A model generated the notes under the pieces. It saw only the letters and a list, made by a program, of their open reading frames with translations, did not search any database and had not been told where the DNA came from. The translations under genes were made by a program, and so were the position numbers. Shown here piece after piece: positions 1 to 9,576 of a stretch of DNA of 64,000 nt. How positions within the stretch are numbered: the stretch's first letter is position 1; each line of letters begins with the position of its first letter. This stretch comes from Bacteroidota bacterium (GTDB taxonomy: Bacteria > Bacteroidota > Ignavibacteria > OLB7), in NCBI GenBank assembly GCA_018266795.1, contig JAFDZV010000004.1, forward strand, positions 69,273 to 133,272, in the 5' to 3' direction.

Positions 1-170
1 CCGGGTGTGCGCGCCAACTACGAACGGCTTCGCGATGCCGGCGTGCGCATCGTACATGAGTATACGCAGGCATCGGAGTTCTTTGCCACCGTGGGGATTG
101 CCGATCCGGACGGCAACGTGGTGGAACTGTGGGGGAGGGCGTAGCGATCGATGGGATATCGGAGCACGGT

Positions 171-1556
171 CTAATTCGAAGTCACGACCATACGCGTCAC
201 GTATGTGCACGCGTTCACATGCAGGCATGCATAGTATGTGCCGCCCGGCAATCGCTCGTCCGGCAGTGCAATGGTATGAACGCCCGCGCTCATGTTCCCT
301 TCGGCGATCGTGACCAGATGACGACCAAGCCCGTCAACCAGGTCGATACAGACGGGAGAGGATTCCGGCAGTTCGAATTGAACGACCCCCTGGCCATGCA
401 ACGGGTTCGGGATCACCCGAAGCGATATCGCCCCCGCCTCCGCCTGCCGCCCGGCAACCCCGGAGATGCGGGCATTGTAGCGGAGTATGTGGCCATCCTC
501 CGTCCCGGCGAAGGCAACCTCGGGCGTCGGAAAGGCGATGCCGTGCAGTGACCCGATGGTCGTGAAATCCAGATCGTCGACAATCGAATTCCACGATGCT
601 CCTCCGTTGGATGTGCGCAACGCCTTCAATCCGCCGATGGCGATTCCGTTCCTGATGTCTGAAAAGGCGATGTCGTAGAGTCCGAAGGCCGGCAGGTTCT
701 GGGCATCCACCAGAGTTCTCCAGGAGTTGCCGCCGTCCGTGGTCACCTGCACAACGTCCGTGCGAAGCTGCGAATTGCTCGAATCGATCTGCGGACCATA
801 GCCGGCGGTCCAGCCGTTGTTCGGATCGACCATGTGCACGGCAACCAGACGATTCGTTTCAACGAGCTTCCACGTTGTTCCCGCATCCGCCGTTCGGATG
901 AACTCCATGCCTCCGGATGTGGAGGTGGCCGCGATGAGCCAGGTGTGTGGATCGATGGCAACGACACGCGACGCAACATATCCTTCCGGAAGTATCGATG
1001 CATCGATCGTGCTCGATGTCCAGTGCAGGCCGCCGTCCGTTGTGTGCAGAAGGACATTGCGCGGCTGGTATGCAAGGCCGTTGAGCGAATCGCACATCGA
1101 GATGTTGACGATCGGGTGATGCGGTCCCGGCATCTGTTGCTCGTTCCAGGAGTTGCCCCAGTTCGTCGTGCGCCAGATGGTTCCGCTGTCTCCAACTACA
1201 ATTGCCAGACGCGGCGTGGGACATGCGATGTCCAGCATCACTCGTGCGAAGTTTGCCGGAGCGCCTGCAACACTGCTTATGACGGTTGAATCACGCAGCG
1301 TTGTGCTCCATGAACTGCCTCCATCGGTCGTGGAGCGTACAAAGGACATCATGGTTGGATAGAAGCCGATACCCATGATGTGCCCGGGATCGGCCGATCG
1401 CATGCGTTTGTAGAACGGCCTGCCGATCGCCGTATCCGCCACCTCGTCAACCTGCATCCATTGGCCGTTCGTTTCGGAGACAATGAGAACCAGCGCGCAG
1501 AGAATGCCTGCAACAGAGCGCGCGCTGCGGTATATCATGTTCTGCCATGTCATCAT
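171..1556 (-). CDS. BNR/Ycf48-like beta-propeller repeat protein with T9SS C-terminal sorting domain
   Basis: 461-aa ORF with N-terminal signal peptide (SVAGILCALVLIVS). Repeated S-x-D-x-G-x-(S/T)-W BNR-type motifs (STTDGGSSW, TTDGGLHW, TADAGTTW, TTDGGNSW, TSNGGASW). C-terminal ~80 aa (LRVIPNPLHGQGVVQFELP...GTYYACLHV) fits the Por/T9SS secretion CTD pattern. Confidence 0.8.
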   Translation of the reverse strand: MMTWQNMIYRSARSVAGILCALVLIVSETNGQWMQVDEVADTAIGRPFYKRMRSADPGHIMGIGFYPTMMSFVRSTTDGGSSWSTTLRDSTVISSVAGAPANFARVMLDIACPTPRLAIVVGDSGTIWRTTNWGNSWNEQQMPGPHHPIVNISMCDSLNGLAYQPRNVLLHTTDGGLHWTSSTIDASILPEGYVASRVVAIDPHTWLIAATSTSGGMEFIRTADAGTTWKLVETNRLVAVHMVDPNNGWTAGYGPQIDSSNSQLRTDVVQVTTDGGNSWRTLVDAQNLPAFGLYDIAFSDIRNGIAIGGLKALRTSNGGASWNSIVDDLDFTTIGSLHGIAFPTPEVAFAGTEDGHILRYNARISGVAGRQAEAGAISLRVIPNPLHGQGVVQFELPESSPVCIDLVDGLGRHLVTIAEGNMSAGVHTIALPDERLPGGTYYACLHVNACTYVTRMVVTSN

Positions 1557-1647
1557 CGGCTATCTCCAGTCGGTACCAGATATTCAGTGAGTTCGAGAAG
1601 ACGATGGCATGGCCGGACCGCTTACCGGCCCGGCCATGCCGGCCGGC

Positions 1648-2307
1648 TCAGAAGCGGCACACCGGGAAACAGTTCTGTGCTTCGCAATTGGCGGCGTTGT
1701 CGACGTGGGTAACTCCCACATTGATAACGCGCTGGCCGTTTACAATGCAGATGCTGTAATTCGTGCTGCAGCACGCGAAGCCTGCGCATGGAAAGCTGAT
1801 GCCCTGCGAATTCCAGTACCCCCAGCACGAGCCCTTCACTGATTGCCAGTCGTTGGTACAGTCGCCCTCATTCTCGGGCGGCCAGCCCTCGGGATTCGCA
1901 AGCATCCAGGCATTGTCCAGTTGCTGGTGAAGCGTTTGAAACGGAATGCCAAGACAACTGGCGTCCAGGTATTTCAACATGGTGAACTGGAACTGACGCG
2001 ACTGGCAGGAGGTACGCGTATAGTACGTTGCCTGAACTCTGCACCCGCTGGGAAGCATGAGCGTGAGGGTGATGGGGCCGTTCCAGTTATCGAACGGGCA
2101 GTCCGGGGTACAAATAGCTGGCTCAGGCGGTGCAGCTTCATCTCCAGGCGCTCGGGGCCAGGTTCGTTCCTCATCGTTCGGGCCCTGGGGGAATGCAGGG
2201 CGCGTGGTGTCGCCGGTGTTCCGGTGCGGAGTCCCGGCCGTGACATGGGCAGTTGTACAGAATGTCAGGGCAATGGCTGTGACGAGTAATGGAACATACT
2301 CTTTCAT
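1648..2307 (-). CDS. secreted cysteine-rich hypothetical protein
   Basis: 219-aa ORF with signal peptide (MKEYVPLLVTAIALTFCTTAHVTA) and many Cys and Trp residues. AT-rich promoter-like region immediately upstream (2308-2400, tatata). Confidence 0.6.
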   Translation of the reverse strand: MKEYVPLLVTAIALTFCTTAHVTAGTPHRNTGDTTRPAFPQGPNDEERTWPRAPGDEAAPPEPAICTPDCPFDNWNGPITLTLMLPSGCRVQATYYTRTSCQSRQFQFTMLKYLDASCLGIPFQTLHQQLDNAWMLANPEGWPPENEGDCTNDWQSVKGSCWGYWNSQGISFPCAGFACCSTNYSICIVNGQRVINVGVTHVDNAANCEAQNCFPVCRF

Positions 2308-2400
2308 GACAATAGTTCCTCAAACTATATATGAATATCAACTCGATAGCCCGCCGAGGACCTTGATTGTAGTTCAGCGGTTATCGAAACAGTGGCGATG
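2308..2400 (-). promoter_or_regulatory. AT-rich putative promoter of the Cys-rich secreted protein gene
   Basis: Local GC drop; tatatatgaatatca segment directly upstream of the minus-strand start at 2307. Confidence 0.35.
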
Positions 2401-3130
2401 CTTCGGATTCAATGGCGATATCGTAGTGATGGCACCAACATAACTGCGGCCGCAGCGGAATGGGGGTACATCAAGATGTACCTGCCCCGAAAAGATACCC
2501 GTTCTGAAAATGGAGTTCACACGCATGAGTGAGCCCGATTTCGTTGTTGTTGATTCGATGCTGGAAAAGATTTCGATGATGCCGGTCGATGCACGCTGGT
2601 GACGTTGGACTGGCCAATGTGCACGAACATCGACGCCGCCTGCTCTCTGTCAGCGAGGCGGCAAAAGAGGGGAGCGAGTAAAAATGTCCGGCAAATATAG
2701 CCCATGAAATTCCGCATGCAAGCCCATCGAAATCTTTTCGTTGACAAGATTCGTGAATCCGTTGATTCCACACAATAAACGGGGGTCATCGTGAATCGTG
2801 AGCTGCTATGACCCGAGGGGCTCATCGTGGAAGGGTCGTATAAGGTATGTCGCAGCACGGATGGAATTGCCGATTGTTTGATATGGCGGGTGCGGCGTTG
2901 CAATGCGAATGAGAGCATACTGCACAATTGCATGCGCCGTGCAATCGGGATGTGCAATGAAATGGTTGCCGGGATTTTCCTGAATTGATCCTCGGCAGAA
3001 TATCTGGAAATTATTGAAGGCGATTGTGAAATGGTTGTGCAATAGCCTGCACGCAACAGGGCGGCCGGGCCGCGCGAAATGCATCGCCGCGAAAACCACG
3101 ACCGTCCTGCCCGTACGTAGAGCCCGTGTT

Positions 3131-3562
3131 CTACTTCTCCGCGCCGGCCCGTGCCGCCGGCGCCTTTGCCAGCCCAAGGTAGAGCGCCACCACTCCCGTT
3201 GCCAGATGCAGCGTGTGCCCGGGCGAATTGAGCGGCACGATGCCGAGCAGCCATTGATCGCGCGGGAATCCCTCCATCACCGCCTGCACCATCCCCGCGG
3301 CGAACACCAGCAACAGCACCACGCCGACGATCTTTCCCCACATCTGCGCGCGCGCAAGCGTGCGCATCGCGAAGAGCCCGCTGATGCCGATCCCGAGATG
3401 GATCAGGTTGTGAACCACGTTGATCGCGATGATGTTGAAGAGATAGTGCACGCCGATTCCCTCGTGATGCATCGAGTTGATCCCCTCCACCGGCAGAAAG
3501 CCTATCACGCCCAGCAGCGTGTAGGTGGTCGCTACAATGCCGACGCCGTATCGAATGAACAT
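3131..3562 (-). CDS. DUF4383-like small membrane protein
   Basis: Internal start MFIRYGVGIV in ORF 3131..3949. Two or more hydrophobic helices with HxxxH-rich segments (HHEGIGVHYLFNIIAINVVHNLIHLGIGI). Likely co-transcribed with the upstream membrane protein gene. Confidence 0.6.
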   Translation of the reverse strand: MFIRYGVGIVATTYTLLGVIGFLPVEGINSMHHEGIGVHYLFNIIAINVVHNLIHLGIGISGLFAMRTLARAQMWGKIVGVVLLLVFAAGMVQAVMEGFPRDQWLLGIVPLNSPGHTLHLATGVVALYLGLAKAPAARAGAEK

Positions 3563-3579
3563 GTGTACTCCGTGATAGT

Positions 3580-4386
3580 CTACTTCCGGTTTCGATAGCT
3601 CCACAACAGCGCGGCCGACGTGATCAGCCATTCCGCGAACATCGCCGGCAGCCAGCGTCCGGCGGGAGCATTGATGTTGTAGGGCGTTCCGTTCACGAGC
3701 AGCGCAACCAGGTGCGCAACGGCAAGCCCCGCGGTCAGCATCATGAAGAGCCGTATCCGGCGCCAGAGCCCGTCCCCCATGGCAAGTGCGGGGAAGGCGC
3801 CGAACACCGCGATCTGTCCGCTGAAGATGCGGATGTTCAGCGGCTCGATGGGCCACGGCCAGTACGTGCTGATGGTTGATGCGTGGATGAAGATCGCCAC
3901 CGCGAGCGGTCCGTAGACAACCGCGCGCGCTATCAGCCAGACTCTCCATCCGGTTGCCAGGTGCACGCCGGTGATGTCCTCATCCCTGCCGAAGCGTTCG
4001 GACTGGATGCGGAAGAGAATGGGGATGGCGAAGAGCGGCAGATAGTATGCGCCGAGCCATGTCAGCGTAAGGACGCGATACTGGAAGAAGTCATCCCAGT
4101 GGAACATCGCGGCGACAAGCAGCCATGCCGCCACCACGAAGAGCGACCGAAGGCTGCTTTTCAACTGCAGCCACTCCCGCTGGCGCGCCAGGTAGGCGTA
4201 GTAGAATCCGCAGCAGAAGTAGATGGCGCCCACCATCATCGCCGTGCGCGGTTGCGCGATCCTCCAGGCCCAGTACTCTCCCGCGCCGCCGGGATAGAGA
4301 TAGAGGAGCAGGCCGAAGGGACCGATCACCGCAACAACAAGCCAGATGAAGAACCGAGCCTCGCGAGTAATCGTGTTGTTCGTCAT
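3580..4386 (-). CDS. integral membrane protein (multi-pass), hypothetical
   Basis: Start chosen at MTNNTITREARFFIWLVVAVIG (index 82 of ORF 3580..4629). Multiple hydrophobic TM segments rich in W/Y/F. Confidence 0.55.
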   Translation of the reverse strand: MTNNTITREARFFIWLVVAVIGPFGLLLYLYPGGAGEYWAWRIAQPRTAMMVGAIYFCCGFYYAYLARQREWLQLKSSLRSLFVVAAWLLVAAMFHWDDFFQYRVLTLTWLGAYYLPLFAIPILFRIQSERFGRDEDITGVHLATGWRVWLIARAVVYGPLAVAIFIHASTISTYWPWPIEPLNIRIFSGQIAVFGAFPALAMGDGLWRRIRLFMMLTAGLAVAHLVALLVNGTPYNINAPAGRWLPAMFAEWLITSAALLWSYRNRK

Positions 4387-4727
4387 AGCGGTCAGGGTGT
4401 TCCTGTCGAAATACCGGCGCGCGCCCGTTGCCCTGCGGGCCTTGCAGTGCGCCGGTTGTGGGAGCGCCCAATATACGGAGCGGCGCTGCTCTCCAGAATC
4501 TCGATTCCTCTCCGGCCCGTGATGCGGAACCCGAAGAAGCCGTATGTTGCGGCCGCGTCTGCATGCATGCCATCGCGCATGCGGCGCAGGATTCCCCATC
4601 CTTCCCTCATCCAGATACCCGATCCACATTCGATTCGGCGGCCTGCTCGCGCATGCCTGCGTGCAACCGTTGCACGGAGCTGCCGCGGCCTTCGGGCTCT
4701 GCGCCGATCAACCCTTGGAGGAATACA

Positions 4728-6230
4728 ATGAGCGAATCCACACTCGAGGAGCGCGATCGCGCCGGCGATCATGCATACCAGGGCGCCCACGTCGGCCGCC
4801 GCGACCCCCGCTACGGCACATTGGTGCAGGGCTTCAACCAGCGGTTCACCGGACATCCGCACTACGTGGAGCTGTGCGGCGATACCAACGCCGTGCTGCG
4901 CGCCGTGCAGAAGGCGCTGGATGCTGGGCGCCGCATCACCGTGCGGGGCGGCGGGCATTGCTACGAGGACTTCGTGAGCGGCAACGTCGGCGGCGTGATC
5001 ATCGATCTCTCGCCGCTCAACCGGGTTTACCTGGATCGCCCGCGCGATCTCTTCTGCATCGAGGGGGGCTGCACGCTCTGGAACGTCTACACGCAGCTTT
5101 ACAAGGAGCACGGCGTCACCATTCCCGCCGGCTCCTGCTACTCCGTCGGCGCAGGCGGACACATCATCGGCGGCGGCTACGGCCTCCTCTCGCGGCTGCA
5201 CGGCCTTACGGTGGACTGGCTTCACGCCGTGGAGGTTGTCGTTGTCAACGAGGCGCGCCGTGCCGAGGTGATCATCGTTGGGCGCGACTCCGCGAGCCGC
5301 CGGGAACAGGATCTCTTCTGGGGCCACCTGGGCGGCGGAGGGGGCAACTTCGGTATCGTAACGCGATACTTCTTCCAGGCTCCCCCTGCGGGGCCAGGCA
5401 TCGCACATATTGCCAGCATTGCCTGGAACTGGGACGAGATCGATCAGGATCGGTTCACCCAGCTCGTCACCAGTTACGGAACATTCTTCCAGAAGCATTC
5501 GGAGGCAGGCACAGAGTACGACGGGCTGTTCGGGCTTTTCCATCTCACCAACAAGGCTGCCGGGCAGATCGTGCTCACGGCGCAGCAGGTCGGGAAGGAT
5601 GACGGCCCGCTGCGCCACCTCATCGATGCCATGACGCTCCCGGGCCTTGATCATGTACGTCAGAGTGTGCCGGTTGGATTTCATCACCTGGTGGTGCAGT
5701 CGCGCGATGTGCGCACCATGCCGTGGCTGGAGGCCACGCAGACGCTGAACGGCTCCGGACCCAATCAGCGCGGCAAGTACAAGTCCGCCTACATGAAGCA
5801 GCCCTTCCCGGCGCGGCAGATCGATGTGATCTGGCAACACCTCACAACCAAGTATCCGAACACGCAGGCGCTGTTGCAGGTGGATTCCTACGGTGCGAAG
5901 ATCAACACCGTGAAGCCGGATGCCACCGCCGTTCCGCAGCGCAGCTCCATCCTCAAGCTCCAGTACCAGACCTACTGGACGCGCAAGCGGGACGATGCCG
6001 TCAACCTGAAATGGATCCGTGAGTTCTACGAGGCCATGTACGGCACGGAGGGTCCGATGCCCGATCGCGTGATGGACGGGTGCTACGTGAACTACCCTGA
6101 TACCGATCTCATCAACTGGGAGTATCTCTACTACAAGCGTGGCTACGCACGGTTGCAGCGTGTGAAGAAGGAGTGGGACCCGCTGAACATCTTCAATCAC
6201 GCGCAGTCGGTCAGGCTGCCGGAAGGTTGA
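4728..6230 (+). CDS. FAD-linked oxidase, BBE/VAO family
   Basis: GGAGG RBS 7 nt before ATG (MSESTLEERD). FAD_binding_4-like motifs RVRGGGHCYEDF, GGGYG, GGGGGNFGIV; C-terminal BBE-like segment (NYPD...NHAQS). The antisense 621-aa ORF is rejected. Confidence 0.85.
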   Translation: MSESTLEERDRAGDHAYQGAHVGRRDPRYGTLVQGFNQRFTGHPHYVELCGDTNAVLRAVQKALDAGRRITVRGGGHCYEDFVSGNVGGVIIDLSPLNRVYLDRPRDLFCIEGGCTLWNVYTQLYKEHGVTIPAGSCYSVGAGGHIIGGGYGLLSRLHGLTVDWLHAVEVVVVNEARRAEVIIVGRDSASRREQDLFWGHLGGGGGNFGIVTRYFFQAPPAGPGIAHIASIAWNWDEIDQDRFTQLVTSYGTFFQKHSEAGTEYDGLFGLFHLTNKAAGQIVLTAQQVGKDDGPLRHLIDAMTLPGLDHVRQSVPVGFHHLVVQSRDVRTMPWLEATQTLNGSGPNQRGKYKSAYMKQPFPARQIDVIWQHLTTKYPNTQALLQVDSYGAKINTVKPDATAVPQRSSILKLQYQTYWTRKRDDAVNLKWIREFYEAMYGTEGPMPDRVMDGCYVNYPDTDLINWEYLYYKRGYARLQRVKKEWDPLNIFNHAQSVRLPEG

Positions 6231-6404
6231 GGCTTCGGGTGATGCTGTGCGGCGCACGAGACGTGGAGTGGCGAGCCGGAAGGATGGCCGCCGACGTATT
6301 GGTGCTCATGTCCCGGCCCGTCATCGCGCGAAGATCGCGCGCAGCACAAAGATGTGGCGATCATTACAGACACACGGCTTCGTGATGCGGAGCTATTCTC
6401 CCGC

Positions 6405-6880
6405 AATCGTGTACCAACGCCGCCATGCACTAACGGAGCAATCTCTCTGTAGGAGCTGCACCCTTCTTTCCTTCTGCGCTCCGCCCAGGAGCGACCTCTC
6501 TGTCATCGTGAAAGCACAGGTCGCTCCCTGCGGGGAGCTGAATGATGGTAGGGAGATGGTGCAGGCTACAGATAGAGTGGACCGAACTGCTCTCGCCGGC
6601 ATCTTGATGCCATGGTGCACTGCGGCCGATCGGGAGAACGCACGAACAGTTGGTGACGGGCTCCCCGGATGTCATGAGCAGGGGACTGTCACGGAGCGGG
6701 TGCCGACGTGGCCATCCGTCCCGTACGGCATCACGGTCCACTCTGCCGGACGATGTGCCATGCGGGAGAGGTCGCCGCGGCTGCGTTTTGCTTGCCTCGC
6801 GAAGACCACACATGGGGCAGTGTCGACCGATACGTCGACATCGCCAGGGTCAGGGCTTCGCGAAGACGGCCGGTAATGTT
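6405..6880. repeat. dispersed structured repeat family A, copy 1
   Basis: caatctctctgtaggagctgcaccc...ccaggagcgacctctctgtcatcgtgaaagcacaggtcgctccctgcggggagctgaatgatggtagggagatggtg...gatcgggagaacgcacgaacagttgg... is about 80% identical to copies at 34300-34965 (inverted) and 50760-51205. Confidence 0.75.
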
Positions 6881-6950
6881 GTTGCCCGGCAACGTCAGGA
6901 CGTTGCCGGGCAAGATCTTCCGGCGAGACGAGCGTGGCTTCGCCGGTGGA

Positions 6951-7886
6951 CTACTTGGAACGCCCGCCGTTGGTATTGCGCTTGCGCATCGCGTCCGCAT
7001 CGGCGGAGCGGCCCAGGTGGTCGTAGATGGCGGCGAGGTTGGAGCGCACGCGGCGTACATCCGCGTTGTCGCTCCCGAGCGTCTTCTCCATGATGCGCAG
7101 CGTCTCCTCCATTGCCGGTGCGGCCTTGTCGTACGCGCCGCGGTCCGCATACAGCCCGGCGAGATTGTTCAACGTGGTTGCGAGCGAGGGATCGTCCGGC
7201 TTCATGAACGTCCGGCTGATTTCAAGCGCGCGGCCGAAGAGCGCCTCTGCAGTATCCTTCTGGCCGCGCTGGTAGGCGGCGTACGCGAGCGAGTTCACCG
7301 TTGCCGCAAGCAGCCGGCGCTGTGTGGAATCCTTCTCATCCAGAAGCGTCATCGCGCGGCGCAGGATCGGCTCTGCATCCGCAAGCCGGTTCGTGCTCAT
7401 GTACAGGTTGCCGAGATTGGTCAGCGTGTAGGCGAGCTCGAATCCCTTCTCCTTCTCGTGCAGTTCGATGAGGCGCTTGTACAGCCCCTCGGCCTCCGTG
7501 TAATGCTTCTGCTCCATGTGCGCCTCCGCCAGGCCGTTCAACGACTGCGCCAGCTCCGCCGTGTTGGAGTCCGCATGCTTCTCCGCGATGGCGATCGCCT
7601 GCGTGAACGAACCCTCCGCCGCATGGTAATCCTTCAGCCCCAGATAGCATGCGCCCATGATGGACTGGATGTTGCCGGACACCGCATTCCCCGCCCCGAG
7701 ATCCTTCTCCGCGATCACCAGCGCCTTCTTCGCAAGGTCCAGCCCCTTGCGGAAATCGTTCGCATTGTACGCCGCAAGCGAGCCGTTCATCAGCTTGTTC
7801 AGTTCTCCCTCCTGTGCGTGCAGCAGGCCATTGCATGCAACCGCGCAGAAGAGGGCGGCGATGATCCATCTCGAAATCGTCTTCAC
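6951..7886 (-). CDS. TPR-repeat lipoprotein/secreted protein
   Basis: Signal peptide MKTISRWIIAALFCAVACNG; 6-7 TPR_12-like repeats (LNNLAGLY, LTNLGNLY, YHAAEGSFTQAIAI). Confidence 0.8.
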   Translation of the reverse strand: MKTISRWIIAALFCAVACNGLLHAQEGELNKLMNGSLAAYNANDFRKGLDLAKKALVIAEKDLGAGNAVSGNIQSIMGACYLGLKDYHAAEGSFTQAIAIAEKHADSNTAELAQSLNGLAEAHMEQKHYTEAEGLYKRLIELHEKEKGFELAYTLTNLGNLYMSTNRLADAEPILRRAMTLLDEKDSTQRRLLAATVNSLAYAAYQRGQKDTAEALFGRALEISRTFMKPDDPSLATTLNNLAGLYADRGAYDKAAPAMEETLRIMEKTLGSDNADVRRVRSNLAAIYDHLGRSADADAMRKRNTNGGRSK

Positions 7887-7952
7887 TGAAGTACTCCGTA
7901 TGGGAGGATGTTATCGGTTGTCAGTAGTTATTGGTCAGTTGTCCGTAGGCCC

Positions 7953-8168
7953 TGGTGTCTGGTCCTTCGTTTCCGGCAAAGATCGGAACCGCTATCGTGG
8001 AGTTGTACTCCGCGACTGGTACGGACCCACCCTGCAAATCAACCTCATCGAGCACTGATGAGGTTGCATGCGCAATGCCGGTGCGAGAAGCACATACGGT
8101 GTCTGGCTCTTCGTTCCGGCAAAGGCCGGAACTGCTGTCGCGGAGATCGTATTCCGCGACTGATATCT
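7953..8168. repeat. two ~71-bp direct repeats, each containing a TTCCGGC-loop-GCCGGAA hairpin, in a divergent promoter region
   Basis: ggtgtctggtccttcgtttccggcaaagatcggaacc...cgcgactggtacgg (7953-8024) versus ggtgtctggctcttcgttccggcaaaggccggaact...cgcgactgatatc (8098-8168). Confidence 0.7.
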
Positions 8169-8480
8169 GCACAGCATTCGAATATATGGAGTGTGCGGAT
8201 TCGGTCATGCGGGAGCGCCCGGCACGGTAGACGCAACGAACGTGCCGGCGTTGAATCGTACCATTGCCGCGAACCCGGAGGTGCGAAAGAATCCGCCCTC
8301 GAATAGTGGCGTCCACGGCCGGCCAATGCAGGGGGAGCAGGCGCGCCACAGGCGGCCGCTGAGTAGAATTTGAGTATCCCTCCCCGGCCAGGCCGGACTA
8401 TCTTTTCGTACTTCTATCCCCACCTGTGCCCGCAACCGGGCGTATGGCAATGGCAATCCATTCAAACGTAGTCCAGCATC

Positions 8481-9374
8481 ATGAGCATCACAGCCGCAAT
8501 CTATTGTTGGGAAGCACTCTACAGCGGTGGGCAATCGGTCATCGACAATCTCAAGGCATCGGGCTTCACCACCATCCTCGCGTGGTCCGTGCATGTCAAC
8601 GCAACGAATGGTGATCTCACGCTCAACGACACGCTCATCGTCACCGACGGAACCTACGTCGGCGATCCGGCGTGGCCGGGGCTGCTGGCGCAGCTCAAGA
8701 CCGGCACCACCAGCGTGAATCGTCTCCTCTTCTCCGTTGGCAGCGGCGGTGGCCCAACGGACTTCGGCAACATCCAGCAACTGATCGATCGCTTCGGTAC
8801 CGGACCCACCAGCCCGCTCTACAAGAACTTCGCCGAGCTTCTCTCGGTGATCCCCTCCATCGACGGCATCGACTTCGATGATGAGGATAGTTACAATCAG
8901 GGTACCGTGGTGCAGTTCGCGCAGATGCTGGCGACGATCGGCTACAAGCAGATCACCTTCTGTCCCTACCAGGACATGCAGTTCTGGGCGGGGTGCCTGC
9001 AGGCGCTGCAGGCCAGCAATCCCGGACTGGTGACGGCATACAACCTGCAGTGCTATGCCGGTGGCTCCATCAACGTGTATGAAATCCCGCAGTGGATTGC
9101 ATCAATCAAGCCAATCCTGGGTGATGCCGCCGCTTCCTTCATTCTTCCCGGACTCTGGTGCCGCAACGGTTCCGGCTGCACCAGCGGTGAGTGCCCCGAT
9201 CAGATGGAGGTACAGTACAAGGCCTGGGGTCTGCTCGGCATTGGTGGCGGATTCATCTGGCGATATGATGACATCCTCTCCTGCGAGAGCAGCAGCACCT
9301 GCTCCGGCAACCCGATGACGCCAGCCGCCTATGCGGATGCAATCCTCAACGGTGTCATGTCCGAGGCCATGTAG
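8481..9374 (+). CDS. GH18 family, class III (hevamine-like) chitinase-like protein, paralog 1
   Basis: DxxDxDxE catalytic motif IDGIDFDDE. Hevamine-like landmarks: AIYCW (like IAIYWGQN), NLQCYAGG (like APQCPFPD), GGGFIWRYDD (like GGVMLWSKFYDD). No signal peptide detected. Confidence 0.7.
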   Translation: MSITAAIYCWEALYSGGQSVIDNLKASGFTTILAWSVHVNATNGDLTLNDTLIVTDGTYVGDPAWPGLLAQLKTGTTSVNRLLFSVGSGGGPTDFGNIQQLIDRFGTGPTSPLYKNFAELLSVIPSIDGIDFDDEDSYNQGTVVQFAQMLATIGYKQITFCPYQDMQFWAGCLQALQASNPGLVTAYNLQCYAGGSINVYEIPQWIASIKPILGDAAASFILPGLWCRNGSGCTSGECPDQMEVQYKAWGLLGIGGGFIWRYDDILSCESSSTCSGNPMTPAAYADAILNGVMSEAM

Positions 9375-9426
9375 CCTCTACTGAAGCGGCTCAGCAACGA
9401 TAACGCCGGCAGACGGCGATATGCGC

Positions 9427-9461
9427 AAGGCCGGCCGGGAGAGTTGATCCCGGCCGGCCTT
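9427..9461. terminator. bidirectional stem-loop terminator between convergent genes
   Basis: Perfect 14-bp stem AAGGCCGGCCGGGA-gagttga-TCCCGGCCGGCCTT, between GH18 (+) and the EVE gene (-). Confidence 0.6.
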
Positions 9462-9576
9462 GCTGTGCTTCTTGCGCCGATGGAGTCCGTTCGTAGTGGA
9501 GCATACTGCAGCATCTGCCGAGCATCAGGCACCAGGAACCGGACCACCCAACTGACAACGAACCACTCACCACGAA

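Noticed and set aside
4392-6257. 621-aa minus-strand ORF antisense to the FAD-linked oxidase
   Set aside because: The plus-strand product has strong FAD-binding/BBE motifs and a GGAGG RBS. The antisense translation is low-complexity, Arg/Gly/Ala-rich and has no domain.
6708-7889. 393-aa plus-strand ORF antisense to the TPR lipoprotein
   Set aside because: The minus-strand TPR protein has a signal peptide and canonical TPR units; the plus ORF lacks any motif.
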